From an uncultured Gemmatimonadales bacterium (GTDB taxonomy: Bacteria; Gemmatimonadota; Gemmatimonadetes; Longimicrobiales; RSA9): 64,000 nucleotides of DNA. Under the pieces are notes generated by a model. That model had not been told where the DNA came from. It did not search any database and saw only the letters and a list, made by a program, of their open reading frames with translations. Position numbers and translations under genes: made by a program. This document shows positions 42,339 to 53,119 of the stretch, one piece after another (position 1 is the first letter of the stretch; each line of letters opens with the position of its first letter). The stretch lies in contig CAWFKH010000004.1 in the NCBI GenBank assembly GCA_963816355.1, positions 64,001 to 128,000 of the forward strand, in the 5' to 3' direction.

Positions 42339-42910
42339 ACCCGTTCCGCCTCCCGCTCCAGCGAGGTCAGATCCCCGTCGTTGTCGATGACGACGTCCGC
42401 GCGCGCGCGCTTCGCCGCCGCCGGCGCCTGCGCCGCGATCATGCGGCGCGCCTCCGCCTCCGCGATGCCGCGATCCGCCACCAGTCGCCGCAGCCGCTCC
42501 GGCTCCGGCGCGTCCACCAGCACCACCACGTCCATCGCGGCGTCGAGACCGGTCTCGTAGAGCAGCGGGATCTCGTGTACGACGACGCGCGCGCCCGCCG
42601 CCTCGAGCGCCACCTCCGCCTCCCGCCGCAGCCGCTCGATCTCCGGGTGCAGGATCGACTCCAGCCGGCGCCGCGCCGCGTCGTCCGCGAAGACGCGCGC
42701 CCGCAGCGCGGCCCGGTCCAACGCACCGTCCGGCCCGACTACCTCGCCGCCGAACGCCGCGACGACGCGCCGCAGACTCGGCTCTCCGGGACGCACCGCG
42801 TCGCGCGCCAGCGCGTCCGCCGACACCACCGGCGCGCCCAGCCGCTCCCATACGCGCGCCACGCTCGACTTGCCCCCCGCAATGTTGCCCGTCAGCCCCA
42901 CGCGCAGCAT
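42299..42910 (-). CDS. coaE: Dephospho-CoA kinase
   Basis: VGLTGNIAGGKS, LDRAAL, HP, IPLLYE, ADVVIDN. Confidence 0.93.
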   Translation of the reverse strand: MLRVGLTGNIAGGKSSVARVWERLGAPVVSADALARDAVRPGEPSLRRVVAAFGGEVVGPDGALDRAALRARVFADDAARRRLESILHPEIERLRREAEVALEAAGARVVVHEIPLLYETGLDAAMDVVVLVDAPEPERLRRLVADRGIAEAEARRMIAAQAPAAAKRARADVVIDNDGDLTSLEREAERVWRDLERRAGASA

Positions 42911-43548
42911 CACGACGCGTCCCGCGGGCGCAGCAGCCACAGCATCACCCGGCGCCGCAGCCGCAGCAGCGACGCGGTGCCGAGCACGAGCGCGACGAGC
43001 GCGAGCGCCGTCGCCGTGCCGAACCAGTGCACCACCTGCTGCCAGCTCTCCGCCGCGAGGTATCCCGCGGCGATCGACGCGGCGGACCAGCCCACGATGC
43101 CCACGAGGTCGCAGCACAGGAAACGCCCGTACGGGAGCCGGCTCATCCCCGCGAACCACGGCATCAGCGTGCGCACGAAGGAGACGAAGCGCGCGAGCGT
43201 GACGGCGATCGTCGAGTGGCGCTGGAAGAGCAGCGCCGACCGCTGCGCGTAGCGGCCCCACACCCGCCCCAGCCACCCGTCCGGCCGCGCGGCGACACGG
43301 CCCCCCCCAATGCGCCCCAGCAGGTAGCCCGCCTGATCCCCCGTGAAGGCGCCGAACACCGTCGCCATCGCGACGTCGCTCAGCTCGAGCACCCCGCGCT
43401 GCGCCAGCACCGCCCCCAGCAGCACCATCGCCTCCGCCGGCACGATCAGCCCCAGAAAGGCGGCCGTCTCCAGCGCGGTCGCGGCGAAGATCAGCCAGGG
43501 ACCGTACGTGACCAGCAGGACGACGAGAGCGTGGAGGAGTCCGTCCAT
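42910..43548 (-). CDS. DedA-family membrane protein
   Basis: LETAAFLGLIVP, GDQAGYLLGR, ARFVSFVRT. Confidence 0.9.
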   Translation of the reverse strand: MDGLLHALVVLLVTYGPWLIFAATALETAAFLGLIVPAEAMVLLGAVLAQRGVLELSDVAMATVFGAFTGDQAGYLLGRIGGGRVAARPDGWLGRVWGRYAQRSALLFQRHSTIAVTLARFVSFVRTLMPWFAGMSRLPYGRFLCCDLVGIVGWSAASIAAGYLAAESWQQVVHWFGTATALALVALVLGTASLLRLRRRVMLWLLRPRDAS

Positions 43549-43608
43549 ACGTCCGGAAGCACGGGATCGGGAAGCACGGGATCGGGCCGGAGGTACCGGC
43601 CCCGTAGA

Positions 43609-44037
43609 CTAGCGGCGCGGCGCGGCCGACACCACATCGTCGCCGGTGCCGCGCTCACCATCCGCTCCGGCCGAGCCGACGCGGATCGAGTCCTGCCGCA
43701 GGAGCAGGAAGTACGGCGCGCCCCACGGGTCCTTCCCTTCCCGCGTCGAGCTCGCGTCCTCCACCACGTACCGCGTGAACTCCCGCGGCGAGGGTAGCGG
43801 CTCGCCCAGCCCGACACGGCGCCGCAGCGTCGCCAGGATGTACTCCTCCTCGTTGCGCGCCGACCAGCGGAACAGCGGCTCCATCGCCCCGTCCACCGCC
43901 GGCCCGAAATACCCGTGCGCCCGCACCAGCGCCGGCACCAGCAGCGGCACCGCCCGCGTACGGAGCGCCGGCACCCCCGCGATCAGCGCCGCGATCACCA
44001 CGAGCGCAACGAGCAGGCGAAGCAGGACGCGGATCAT
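43609..44037 (-). CDS. Membrane-anchored protein with GspG (T2SSG)-like C-terminus
   Basis: N-terminal TM helix; DPWGAPY...SAGADGERGTGDD. Confidence 0.7.
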   Translation of the reverse strand: MIRVLLRLLVALVVIAALIAGVPALRTRAVPLLVPALVRAHGYFGPAVDGAMEPLFRWSARNEEEYILATLRRRVGLGEPLPSPREFTRYVVEDASSTREGKDPWGAPYFLLLRQDSIRVGSAGADGERGTGDDVVSAAPRR

Positions 44038-44070
44038 CCGCCGATCCTCCCGTCGATCATTCGCCGGCCC

Positions 44071-44328
44071 TCATGAGCCGCGCCGCATGCGCTCCGCCCA
44101 GCGCACGTAGCGCACCACCTGCTCCGACTGCGGCGCCGCCCCCTCGTCGCCGTACGCCGTGTGCAGCCGCCAATCGAGGTACTCCCGCGGCGGCAGCGGC
44201 AGGAACGGCGGCCGCGCATACCACCGGCGGCGGCGCAGCCGCCACGCCGTGCGGAGCCCCGCCACGTACAGGCGGGGCCGCAGCACGAGCCGGCCGGCGA
44301 GGCTCCAGAAGTTCGGTCCGCGCGACAA
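44071..44328 (-). CDS. Small hypothetical protein
   Basis: PPFLPLPPREYLDWRLHTAYG; first gene of the minus-strand run. Confidence 0.65.
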   Translation of the reverse strand: MSRGPNFWSLAGRLVLRPRLYVAGLRTAWRLRRRRWYARPPFLPLPPREYLDWRLHTAYGDEGAAPQSEQVVRYVRWAERMRRGS

Positions 44329-44427
44329 GGGGCTGATCGGTTTTCGGTGAAAGTTCGGGTGGGTGCAAAGATAGGGTGTGGGTGGAGGAGTGTAAACGGG
44401 TGGGTTCGGGGGATGGATTGGAGTGGA

Positions 44428-44537
44428 GCGGTCTGCGGTCTGGGGAGGGGGTCTGCGGGGGGTCTGGGGTACAGGGGTCTGGGGGGGTCTGGGGTACGGG
44501 GGTCTGCGGGGGGTCCGGGGTACGGGGGTCTGGGGGC
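44428..44537 (+). repeat. G-rich repeat cluster (GGGGTCTG/GGGGTAC family)
   Basis: Same motif as at 1.35k and 11.5k. Confidence 0.85.
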
Positions 44538-44892
44538 GGTCGAGGCGTGGCGGGCGGCGCCCTCCGCCGGATCGTGGCGCTCGCCGTTCGGTGCGCGCCG
44601 GTGCGCACGACGGTTCCGCGTGAGGGGACGCTCCGTTCCTTCTGCGGGCCGGAATGCTGATCGACTCGCACGAGCCATGAATCGGCGGTTCGGTGACGCG
44701 AGACGTGAGCGGCGTGAACCACCTGCCGGTATTTCGCGCTGGCGCGAAAAGGCTTGTTTCGTCGTTTCGACCGTGTTACTTCGCGAACCACACCTCGGCC
44801 CGGCCGTTGTCATCCATCCCGACGCGGCCGGGAGAGCGGCGCGGACGGCCTCTGCTCCGCGCCCGTCAACAGCTCAATCCCAGGGAGGACGC

Positions 44893-47841
44893 ATGCTGAA
44901 GCGAGGCTTCTCGTTGTTGGGCATCGTGGCGCTCGCCGCGCTCATGCCCGCCACCCTCGCGGCGCAGACCCGCCGCATCACCGGCCAGGTGGTGCGTTCC
45001 GGGACCAGCGAGCCCGTGTCCGGCGTGGAGATCGCGGTGGTCGGACGGACCGCGGCGACATCCGCGCTGACGGACGCCAACGGCCGGTTCGCGGTGAACG
45101 CCCCGGCCGGAGAGGTGACGATCGCCGCCCGTGCGCTCGGCTACGTGGACGGCCAGGTGGTCGTCGCGGCCGACCAGTCGACGGTCACCATCTCGCTGCG
45201 CTTCAGTCCGTTCGACCTCGACAAGCTCGTCGTGACGGGACAGGCGACGACGGTGTCGCGGCGGGACGCGACGACGGCGATCTCGTACGTGTCCGGTGAC
45301 GAGGTGAGCGGAGTGCCGGCTGCGTCGATGGTGGACGCGCTGAACGGCAGGATCACGGGCGCCAACATCCAGAGCAACTCGGGTGCTCCCGGGGGCGGGC
45401 TGCAGATCCAGATCCGCGGCAACAGCACGATCCTCGGCGGCTTCGACCCGCTCTTCGTGGTCGACGGCGTCATCTACTCGAACGCGTCGATCCCGGGCGG
45501 GCGCGGCCTGGCGAACGCGGAAGCCTCGCCGACGACGGAGGCCGATCCGATCAGCCGCATCGCGGACCTCAATCCGGCCGACATCGAGAGCATCGAGGTG
45601 CTGAAGGGCGCGGCGGCGTCGTCGATCTACGGGTCGAAGGCGGGCAACGGCGTCGTCGTCATCACGACCAAGCGCGGCGAGGCGGGCTCGCCGCACTTCA
45701 CCGTGACGCAGCGCGTCGGCGTCTCCTCGCCGCTCAAGCTGATGGACAGCCGCCGGTGGACGGAGGAGGACGCCGTGGACGTCTACGGCGCCGGCGCTGC
45801 CGCCTTCTTCCAGGGCAGCGGCTCGTCGTTCCACGACCTGGCCAGCATGGTGTACGACAACCGGAAACCTTCCTACGAGACGCTCGCCAGCCTCAGTGGC
45901 GGCAGCGAGAACACGCGCTACTTCATCTCCGGCGACTGGAAGAACGACGAAGGGATCGAACGCAACACGAGCGCGGGCCAGCAGTCGATCCGCGTCAACG
46001 TGGACCACGACTTCGACCCGCGCCTGCACCTGCACGTCTCGACCGCTTACAACCGCGCGCTCAACGACCGCGGGTGGGACAACAACTGCAACAACTTCGG
46101 CTGCATGGGCTACGCGCTCTCCTACATCCCGAGCTTCTTCGACATCACGAAGAGCGCGGACGGCACCTACCCGGAGCCGCTGATCGCGAACATCAACTCG
46201 AACCCGCTGCAGCTCGCCGCGCTCGGCGTGAACCACGAGGAGACGAACCGCTTCACGGGTGGGCTGCGTCTCGACTGGAACGTCTTCGAGGACGAGCGCC
46301 AGAGCTTCCGCGTCACCGTCGGCGGCGGCCTCGACACGTTCGACCAGAACAACCAGGTGTGGGCGCCGAACGAGCTCTTCTTCGAGCAGGTCGCCGCGCT
46401 TCCCGGCGCCGCGGTCGACGGCGACGCGCGCAGCCTCAGCGACGACTGGAACATCAACGGGGTCCACAGCTGGCGGCCCGGCGGCTTCTCGGCGACCACC
46501 TCCTTCGGCATCCAGTACGAGGACCTCAAGCTGCACTCGGCCCAGATCCTCACGCGCAACCTGCTGCCGGGTCAGCGCAACGTGAATCAGGGCACCAACA
46601 TCACACCATCGGAGTCGCTGACGCGCACACGCACGATCGCCCTCTACGGTCAGGAAGAGGTGAACCTCTTCGAGGACCGCCTCAAGCTGCAGGGCGGCCT
46701 GCGCGCCGAGCGCGGCAGCGTGAACGGCGACATCGCCCGCTACTTCATCTACCCGAAGGCCTCGGGCGCGTACCGTTTCAAGGACCTGCTCGGCGCCGGC
46801 AGCGAGATCAAGCTGCGGGCGTCCTACGGCGAGAGCGGCAACCAGCCGCTGTTCGGGCAGAAGTTCACCAACCTGAACACGCCCCAGCTCGGCGGACAGC
46901 AGGGCATCACCGTCTCCACCGCCTCGGGTTTCTCGAACATCGAGCCGGAGCGGCTCAAGGAGATCGAGGTCGGGATGGACGGCTCGGCGCTCAACGACCG
47001 CCTCACCTGGGAGCTGACCGGCTTCCGTCGCAACAGCACGAACCTGCTGCTGCAACGCGTGCCGGCGCCCTCCACGGGGTTCGCGACGCAGCTCTTCAAC
47101 GGCGGCGAAATCCGCAACTCCGGCGTCGAGGCGATGCTCGGCCTCACGCCGCTGCTCACGTCGAGGGGGAGCTGGATCTCCCGCATCTCCTTCACCCGCT
47201 ACACGAACGAGGTCGTCGACCTCGCCGGGTTGCCGCCCTTCTTCCCGCCCCAGTCCGGCTTCGGCAACCTCGGCCGCACCTACATTCAAGAGGGCCGGCC
47301 GGTCACACAGATCATCGGCTTCGACTTTGCCGCCGACGGAACGCGGGCGGACACGCTCAGCCAGCTCGGCAACTCGGCGCCGGACTTCCGCATCGGGTTC
47401 GTCAACGATTTCCGGTACCGCTCGCTGAACCTGAACGTCGTCGTCGACTGGCAGCACGGCGGCGACGTCATCAACCTGACCCGGTTCCTGCAGGACGACG
47501 GCCAGACCTCCCCCGACTGGGGGCAGCCCTCGTGGGAGAAGCGCTACGCGGGATACCTGCACGGCGTGATCCAGCCCTACATCGAGGACGCCAGCTTCGT
47601 GAAGGTCCGCGAAGTCGCGCTGAACGTCGACGTGCCACCGGACCTGATCGACGCCATCCACCTCGGCGCGCGCAGCCTCAAGGTCGGCGTCGCCGGCCGC
47701 AACCTCTTCATGTGGACGGGTTACAGCGGCCTCGATCCCGAAGTCGCGAACTTCGGCAGCGCGTCCGTGCGCAACAACCTCGACATCAGCCCGTATCCGC
47801 CGTCGCGCACCCTCTTCTTCAACGTCACCGTGGGGTTCTGA
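44893..47841 (+). CDS. SusC/RagA-family TonB-dependent receptor
   Basis: GGAGG RBS; PLFVVDG, LNPADIESIEVLKGAAASSIYGSKAGNGVVVITTK; YSGLDPE; terminal Phe. Confidence 0.95.
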   Translation: MLKRGFSLLGIVALAALMPATLAAQTRRITGQVVRSGTSEPVSGVEIAVVGRTAATSALTDANGRFAVNAPAGEVTIAARALGYVDGQVVVAADQSTVTISLRFSPFDLDKLVVTGQATTVSRRDATTAISYVSGDEVSGVPAASMVDALNGRITGANIQSNSGAPGGGLQIQIRGNSTILGGFDPLFVVDGVIYSNASIPGGRGLANAEASPTTEADPISRIADLNPADIESIEVLKGAAASSIYGSKAGNGVVVITTKRGEAGSPHFTVTQRVGVSSPLKLMDSRRWTEEDAVDVYGAGAAAFFQGSGSSFHDLASMVYDNRKPSYETLASLSGGSENTRYFISGDWKNDEGIERNTSAGQQSIRVNVDHDFDPRLHLHVSTAYNRALNDRGWDNNCNNFGCMGYALSYIPSFFDITKSADGTYPEPLIANINSNPLQLAALGVNHEETNRFTGGLRLDWNVFEDERQSFRVTVGGGLDTFDQNNQVWAPNELFFEQVAALPGAAVDGDARSLSDDWNINGVHSWRPGGFSATTSFGIQYEDLKLHSAQILTRNLLPGQRNVNQGTNITPSESLTRTRTIALYGQEEVNLFEDRLKLQGGLRAERGSVNGDIARYFIYPKASGAYRFKDLLGAGSEIKLRASYGESGNQPLFGQKFTNLNTPQLGGQQGITVSTASGFSNIEPERLKEIEVGMDGSALNDRLTWELTGFRRNSTNLLLQRVPAPSTGFATQLFNGGEIRNSGVEAMLGLTPLLTSRGSWISRISFTRYTNEVVDLAGLPPFFPPQSGFGNLGRTYIQEGRPVTQIIGFDFAADGTRADTLSQLGNSAPDFRIGFVNDFRYRSLNLNVVVDWQHGGDVINLTRFLQDDGQTSPDWGQPSWEKRYAGYLHGVIQPYIEDASFVKVREVALNVDVPPDLIDAIHLGARSLKVGVAGRNLFMWTGYSGLDPEVANFGSASVRNNLDISPYPPSRTLFFNVTVGF

Positions 47842-47842
47842 C

Positions 47843-49294
47843 ATGACCACGACGATAAGGACCGCCAGCACCGCGCGCAGATGGGCGACGCGCCTCGGCG
47901 TCACGCTCGCCAGCGCCCTCGCCCTCGCCGCCTGCAACCTCGACATCGTCAACACCAACGCGCCGACCGTCGAGGAGCTCACCGGCTCGCCCACGCGCGA
48001 CGTCCTCGCGCGCGCCGCCAACGGGATCTTCTCCCAGACCTACAACGACCTCGCCAACGAGATCCAGTTCTACGCCCTCTACGGCCGTGAGGGCTACAAC
48101 CTCCTGGGCAACGATCCGCGCGAGACCGGCGAGCAGATCCGCGGACCCCAGGACCCCACGGGCCGCAACTCCGGCATCTGGATCGGGCAGTACGCCGCGA
48201 TCCGCACCATCGACGCCTACCTCGCGGCGCTGCCCAAGGCGACCGGGCTCAACGACGCCGAGCGGCGCGCCGCCAGCGGCTTCGCCAACACCATGAAGGC
48301 GTGGCACCTCTACCGCCTGGCGATCCGCACCGGCGCGCTCGGCATACCGATCGACGTGGACCGGCCGATCGACGCCGACCCCGCCCCCTTCGTCTCCTTC
48401 CCCGACGCGCTGAAAGCCGCCTCAGACCTCATGGACCAGGCCTACGGCGACCTGCAGGCCGGCGGCTCCAGCTTCCCCTTCACCGTGCCGCCCGGCTACG
48501 ACGGCTTCGACGCACCGGCCTCCTTCGCGCGCTTCAATCGTGCGCTGGCGACGAAGATCCTCGTCCACCGCGCCACGTTCGTGGACTGCACCGCCTGCTG
48601 GACGGACGCGAGCACCACGCTTGCCGCATCCTTCGTCACCGACGCGGACCTGCCCGCTTCCCTCGCCACCGGCGTCTACTACGCCTATTCGACGGCGTCC
48701 GGCGAGCCGAACAATCCGATCTCGGAGCCGACCTCCAGCAACCATCTCTGGGTCCACCCCTCCATCGTGAGCGGGGCCCAGCTACGCGCGAACGGAGAGC
48801 CGGACCTGCGCCTCACCGAGAAGGTGCTGGACGTGGGGCGGACCCGTGAGCTCAACGACCTGTCCAGCTCCTACAAGCCGATCCTATTCAACAACCCGAA
48901 CGATCCCGCGCAGGCCGACCTCGGCGCACCGATCCCCTGGATCACCAACGAAGAGCTGCTTCTCCTGCGCGCGGAGATCCGCTGGAACACCGGCGATAAA
49001 ACAGGCGCGATCGAGGACATCGACCGGATCCGCGAGTTCGCCGGCGGTCTCCCGGCGACGTCGCTCACCGCCGCCAGCCCCGACGGCGACTTCGTCACCG
49101 AGCTGCTCTACAACCGGCTCTATTCGCTGCTCTGGAGCCAGGGCACGCGCTGGCTCGACGCACGTCGCTACGACCGCCTCGACCAGCTCCCGATCGACCG
49201 CGTCGGAGACAGCGTGTTCGAGAACATGATCATCCCGGCGAACGAATGCGCGGCGCGCCGGCTGCCGTCGCCGTGCACCCCGCTCAGCGGGTGA
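47843..49294 (+). CDS. SusD/RagB-family lipoprotein
   Basis: LAAC lipobox; EELLLLRAE, GTRWLDARRY; directly follows susC-like gene. Confidence 0.9.
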   Translation: MTTTIRTASTARRWATRLGVTLASALALAACNLDIVNTNAPTVEELTGSPTRDVLARAANGIFSQTYNDLANEIQFYALYGREGYNLLGNDPRETGEQIRGPQDPTGRNSGIWIGQYAAIRTIDAYLAALPKATGLNDAERRAASGFANTMKAWHLYRLAIRTGALGIPIDVDRPIDADPAPFVSFPDALKAASDLMDQAYGDLQAGGSSFPFTVPPGYDGFDAPASFARFNRALATKILVHRATFVDCTACWTDASTTLAASFVTDADLPASLATGVYYAYSTASGEPNNPISEPTSSNHLWVHPSIVSGAQLRANGEPDLRLTEKVLDVGRTRELNDLSSSYKPILFNNPNDPAQADLGAPIPWITNEELLLLRAEIRWNTGDKTGAIEDIDRIREFAGGLPATSLTAASPDGDFVTELLYNRLYSLLWSQGTRWLDARRYDRLDQLPIDRVGDSVFENMIIPANECAARRLPSPCTPLSG

Positions 49295-49410
49295 GGCGAG
49301 ACGAGGTGAAGTGAGGCGGCCGCCAGGGCATCGAGGCCGCCGCTCATGATGGGAACGCCCCGCCGGCGAGCGCGCCGGTGGGGCGTTCCTGTCTGGCCGG
49401 TTCGGGGGGC

Positions 49411-49500
49411 CGCCCCGCGGGTCGGGGATCCTGGGTGTGCCGCGCGGGTCGGGAACCCTGGGTCCGCCGCGCGGGTCGGGGACCCTGGGTCCGCCGCGCG
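49411..49500 (+). repeat. ~3x27-bp tandem repeat
   Basis: GCCGCGCGGGTCGGGGACCCTGGGTCC units. Confidence 0.85.
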
Positions 49501-49752
49501 GCGTCCCGGCGGCGGGCTCGTCGCGACGCAGAACGGGCTCACGGCGGGCAGCGGCGGGACGACAGTCCCGGATTTGCCGGAGACAACCTTACCAGAGGTG
49601 AGGCCGCCCCGGCCCTTGTGGAGCCTTTGCTGCGTTGTGCGACGTCAATGCGCCCTTCTTCGCGGCGTCCCGCCCTGGAGCGGGAGCGTTTGCCCCGCTA
49701 TGCGGGGGCAATCCTCCCCCGACCCCCGCCGGGCGCAACGTGTGGTAGCCTT

Positions 49753-49838
49753 CGCCTCGCCCGCCTCGCCCGCCTCGCCCGCCTCGCCCGCCTCGCCCGC
49801 CGGCCTTCCCGGCCTCGCCCGCCCGCCCGCCTCGCCCA
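49753..49838 (+). repeat. 9-bp tandem repeat CGCCTCGCC
   Basis: About 5 perfect copies followed by degenerate ones. Confidence 0.85.
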
Positions 49839-49894
49839 GCCGGTCGCCGCTTGCTCCCCTGGCCCGCCGCCGCCCGCCTCGGCGCCCGCCCACT

Positions 49895-52393
49895 CTACTC
49901 GTAGCGCAGCGCCTGCATCGGGTGCACCCTCGAGGCACGCAGCGCGGGCGCGAGTGCGCCGGCGAAGACGACGACGCCGAGAAGCGCCGCCGCGGCGAGG
50001 AACACGCCGGGGTCGCGCGCGTGCATGTGGTAGAGGAGCGACTCGGCGTAGCGGCCGATCACGAGCGCGGCGCCGACGCCGATCGCCGCGCCCACGAGCG
50101 CCATCCCCAGCACCTGCCGCAGCACGAGCCGGCGCAGGCGCCGGGCGTCGGCGCCGAGCGCCATGCGGACGCCGAACTCGCGCATGCGCTGCGCCACGGT
50201 ATAGGCGAGCACGCCGTAGAGTCCGATGGCGGCGAGGAGCGTGGCGAGCGCCGCGAAGGCAGCGCCCAGCGTGGTGATCAGCCGGTCCAGCACGATGTTC
50301 TCGTCCACCTGCTGCGGCATCGTCTTGAGCGCTTCCACCGGCAGGTTCGGATCCGCCGCCGCGACCGCGGCGCGGATCGCGCGCGCGACCTGCGCCGTCG
50401 GCAACGACGAGCGCACGTAGAAGGTGAGCGCGCCGAGCGTGGAGTCCTGGGCGTACGGCGTGAAGTACTGCGCCGGCACGGGATCCTTCACCTCGGAGTA
50501 TTTCGCGTCCCGCACGACGCCCACGATCCGGATGCCGAGCGTGTCCGTCGCGCCTCGCGCCATGAACGCGCCGACGGCGCCGCCGCCGAGGCCGAACTTG
50601 CGGACGAACGCCTCGTTGACCACGGCGACGGGGGGCGCACCCGCGACGTCGCCCCGGGTGAACTCGCGGCCGCCGAGGAGCGGCTCGCCGAGCGTGCGAA
50701 AGTAGTCGGCGCCCACCTCGTTGAGGGACGCGTTCGCGTCGACGTCCGGGCCGCCCACGAAGCCCTGCACGGAGACGTTGTTCGTCGTGTTGTCGCTGGC
50801 CAGGAGAGGCACCGCCGACGCCGCGACGGCGCGCACCCCCGGCGCCGCGCGCAGATCCCGTTCGATCCGCTGGAAGAGCGCGCGGCTGCGGCCGGCGTCG
50901 TATCCGTTCCGTTCGGGCGACACGCCGAACGTCACGACGTCCTCGACGCGCACGCCGAGGTCGACGCGGCTGACGTTCACGAGGCTGCGGATGAACAGGC
51001 CGGCGGAGATGAGCAGCGCCATCGAGAGACCGATCTGCGCGGTCACGAGGATGGTGCGGAAACGCGCCGCGGCGCGGCCGCCGCCCACCTGCCCGGTCGC
51101 GTCGCGGATCACGCGGATGAGGTCTGGCCGCGTCGCGTGCAGCGCCGGGAAGAGGCCGAAGAGGAAGCCGGTCGCGAGCGCCACGACCGCGGCCAGGACG
51201 ATCGCCGCGGGCTGCAGCCCGAGGTGCAGCGCCTCGACGGTGTCGCGCGGGAGGATCGCGGCGATCCCGGAAAGCGTCCACGACGCGACGAGCAGGCTCG
51301 CCACCCCGCCCAGCGCGGCGAGAAGCAGCGACTCCGTCAGAAGCTGCCGCATGATGCGCCCCCGATTTGCGCCGAGCGACAGCCGCACCGCCATCTCCAC
51401 TCCGCGCGTCGTACCGCGAGCCAGCAGCAGATTCGCGATGTTGGCGCACGCGATCAGGAGCACGAACGCGGTGATCGCGAGGAGCAGCAGCATCGGCGTC
51501 CTCACCTCGCCGCGCATGCGGCTCTGCCCCTGCCCGCCCGGCTCGACGCTCAACTGCATCGACCGGAACCGCGTCATCGTCTGCTCGCTCATGCCCCGCA
51601 GCTCCGGCGCCTCCACCTCCCGGATCGCGCGCCCGTAGATCGTGTTCAGCGCCGCCCGCGCCTGCGCCAGGCGCACCCCAGGCTTCAGCCGCCCGAACAG
51701 ATAGATCCAGTAGTTGCGACGGCTCTCGAAACTGCCGAACTGCGGGCTCACCTGCGCCATCATCGTGATCGGCACGAAGACGTCCGCGCTCGTGCCGAGC
51801 GTCGTGCCGTGGAAGCCGCGCGGGGCCACGCCCACGATCGTGAACGGCTGTCCGTTGACGATCAGCGTCCGCTGCAGCACCTCCGGATCCGCGCCCAGCC
51901 GCGTCCGCCAGTACGAGTCGCTCAGCACCGCCACCGGATGCGCGCCGAACGCGTCGTCGTCCGCCGGTCCCAGCAGCCGGCCGAGCCCCGGCCTCAGCCC
52001 CAGCACCGGGAAGTACGAGCCCGACACCGCCACCGCCCTGCCGCTCGCGGTGTTCCCCTGCACGGCGAGGTTCGCGCCGAAGCTGCGGTACGCGGCGAGA
52101 CCGCTCAGCACCTTCTGCTCGCGCTGCAGGTCGCGGTACATGGCGTAGCTGAACACCTCGTCCGAGCCGCCCGCGTCGTCGGCCGAAAGGCGGCCCATCT
52201 TCGGGCCCGGATCCCCCAGGTTCACCAGCCGGCCCGGGTCCGCGACGGGCAGCGGCGCCCGCACGAGCTGGTCGAAGAGCGAGTAGATCCCAGCGTTCGC
52301 CCCGATGCCGAGCGCCAGCGAGAGCACCGCGACCGCCGTCACCAGCGGCGTGCGCAGGAGCGTACGGAACGCGTATCGCAGATCGTGCATCAT
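49895..52393 (-). CDS. Duplicated MacB/FtsX-type (ADOP) ABC permease
   Basis: DLRYAFRTL..LALGIGAN, LLIACANIANLLLAR, REFGVRMALGA, PMQALRYE. Confidence 0.92.
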   Translation of the reverse strand: MMHDLRYAFRTLLRTPLVTAVAVLSLALGIGANAGIYSLFDQLVRAPLPVADPGRLVNLGDPGPKMGRLSADDAGGSDEVFSYAMYRDLQREQKVLSGLAAYRSFGANLAVQGNTASGRAVAVSGSYFPVLGLRPGLGRLLGPADDDAFGAHPVAVLSDSYWRTRLGADPEVLQRTLIVNGQPFTIVGVAPRGFHGTTLGTSADVFVPITMMAQVSPQFGSFESRRNYWIYLFGRLKPGVRLAQARAALNTIYGRAIREVEAPELRGMSEQTMTRFRSMQLSVEPGGQGQSRMRGEVRTPMLLLLAITAFVLLIACANIANLLLARGTTRGVEMAVRLSLGANRGRIMRQLLTESLLLAALGGVASLLVASWTLSGIAAILPRDTVEALHLGLQPAAIVLAAVVALATGFLFGLFPALHATRPDLIRVIRDATGQVGGGRAAARFRTILVTAQIGLSMALLISAGLFIRSLVNVSRVDLGVRVEDVVTFGVSPERNGYDAGRSRALFQRIERDLRAAPGVRAVAASAVPLLASDNTTNNVSVQGFVGGPDVDANASLNEVGADYFRTLGEPLLGGREFTRGDVAGAPPVAVVNEAFVRKFGLGGGAVGAFMARGATDTLGIRIVGVVRDAKYSEVKDPVPAQYFTPYAQDSTLGALTFYVRSSLPTAQVARAIRAAVAAADPNLPVEALKTMPQQVDENIVLDRLITTLGAAFAALATLLAAIGLYGVLAYTVAQRMREFGVRMALGADARRLRRLVLRQVLGMALVGAAIGVGAALVIGRYAESLLYHMHARDPGVFLAAAALLGVVVFAGALAPALRASRVHPMQALRYE

Positions 52394-52740
52394 CGTCGTG
52401 GATCGTCGAAGGGGTTCGTGGTCGGCGCCTTCAGCGTCGTTTCAACCGCGTCGGGGCAGGAAAGATCCATCGCGCTTCGGCGGGACCGCCCCGTCCGGAC
52501 GGCGCTCGCGGACGAACGTGCGCGGCGGAGCGAAGGGCATGCGCGGCGGAGCGAAGGGCGTGCGCGGCGCGCGTCCGCCAGGTGGCCCCTGTGCCTCGGC
52601 GGGCCCACCCCGCGCGGGCGCTGCTCGCGGGTGCGAGCGTCCGCGAAGGATCCAACGCCCGCGTCGCGGGTAATATCGTCTTCCTGCCCCACTCTCGAAT
52701 GCCCCCGCGTGGTTCGATCCTCTGGCGCAACGGAGACGTC

Positions 52741-52914
52741 ATGGCCAAGGTGAAGATCTTCAAGAAGGATGGAACGCCGACGCCCTACTTCTGGGTCAAT
52801 CGCGACGACGCCGATCGCACCAGCGCGACGGTGTACAAGCAGACCCCGGACGGCGTCAAGCGGATGAAGGGCGTCCGGTTCAACGCCACCACCAATCGGA
52901 TGCTGAAGGACTGA
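52741..52914 (+). CDS. Small basic protein (57 aa)
   Basis: GGAG RBS; MAKVKIFKKDGTPTPYFW; protein-like composition. Confidence 0.75.
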   Translation: MAKVKIFKKDGTPTPYFWVNRDDADRTSATVYKQTPDGVKRMKGVRFNATTNRMLKD

Positions 52915-53119
52915 CCCACCCCCCGCCCCGGTTGCCGTTCGGCATGCGTGCCTCGCGCGCCGGACGAGCCGCTTCGCGGAAACTCGAAGTACAGGACCGC
53001 GTCAGTCTCCGAGATTTCGACGCATGAACTCTCCCGCGGCGCGCTCCAGCGGGTCGGCGGACCGCTGCAGGTGGTCGGCGACTCCGCGCTGGTCGGCTCG
53101 GGGCGGTTCTGGTTGAACG

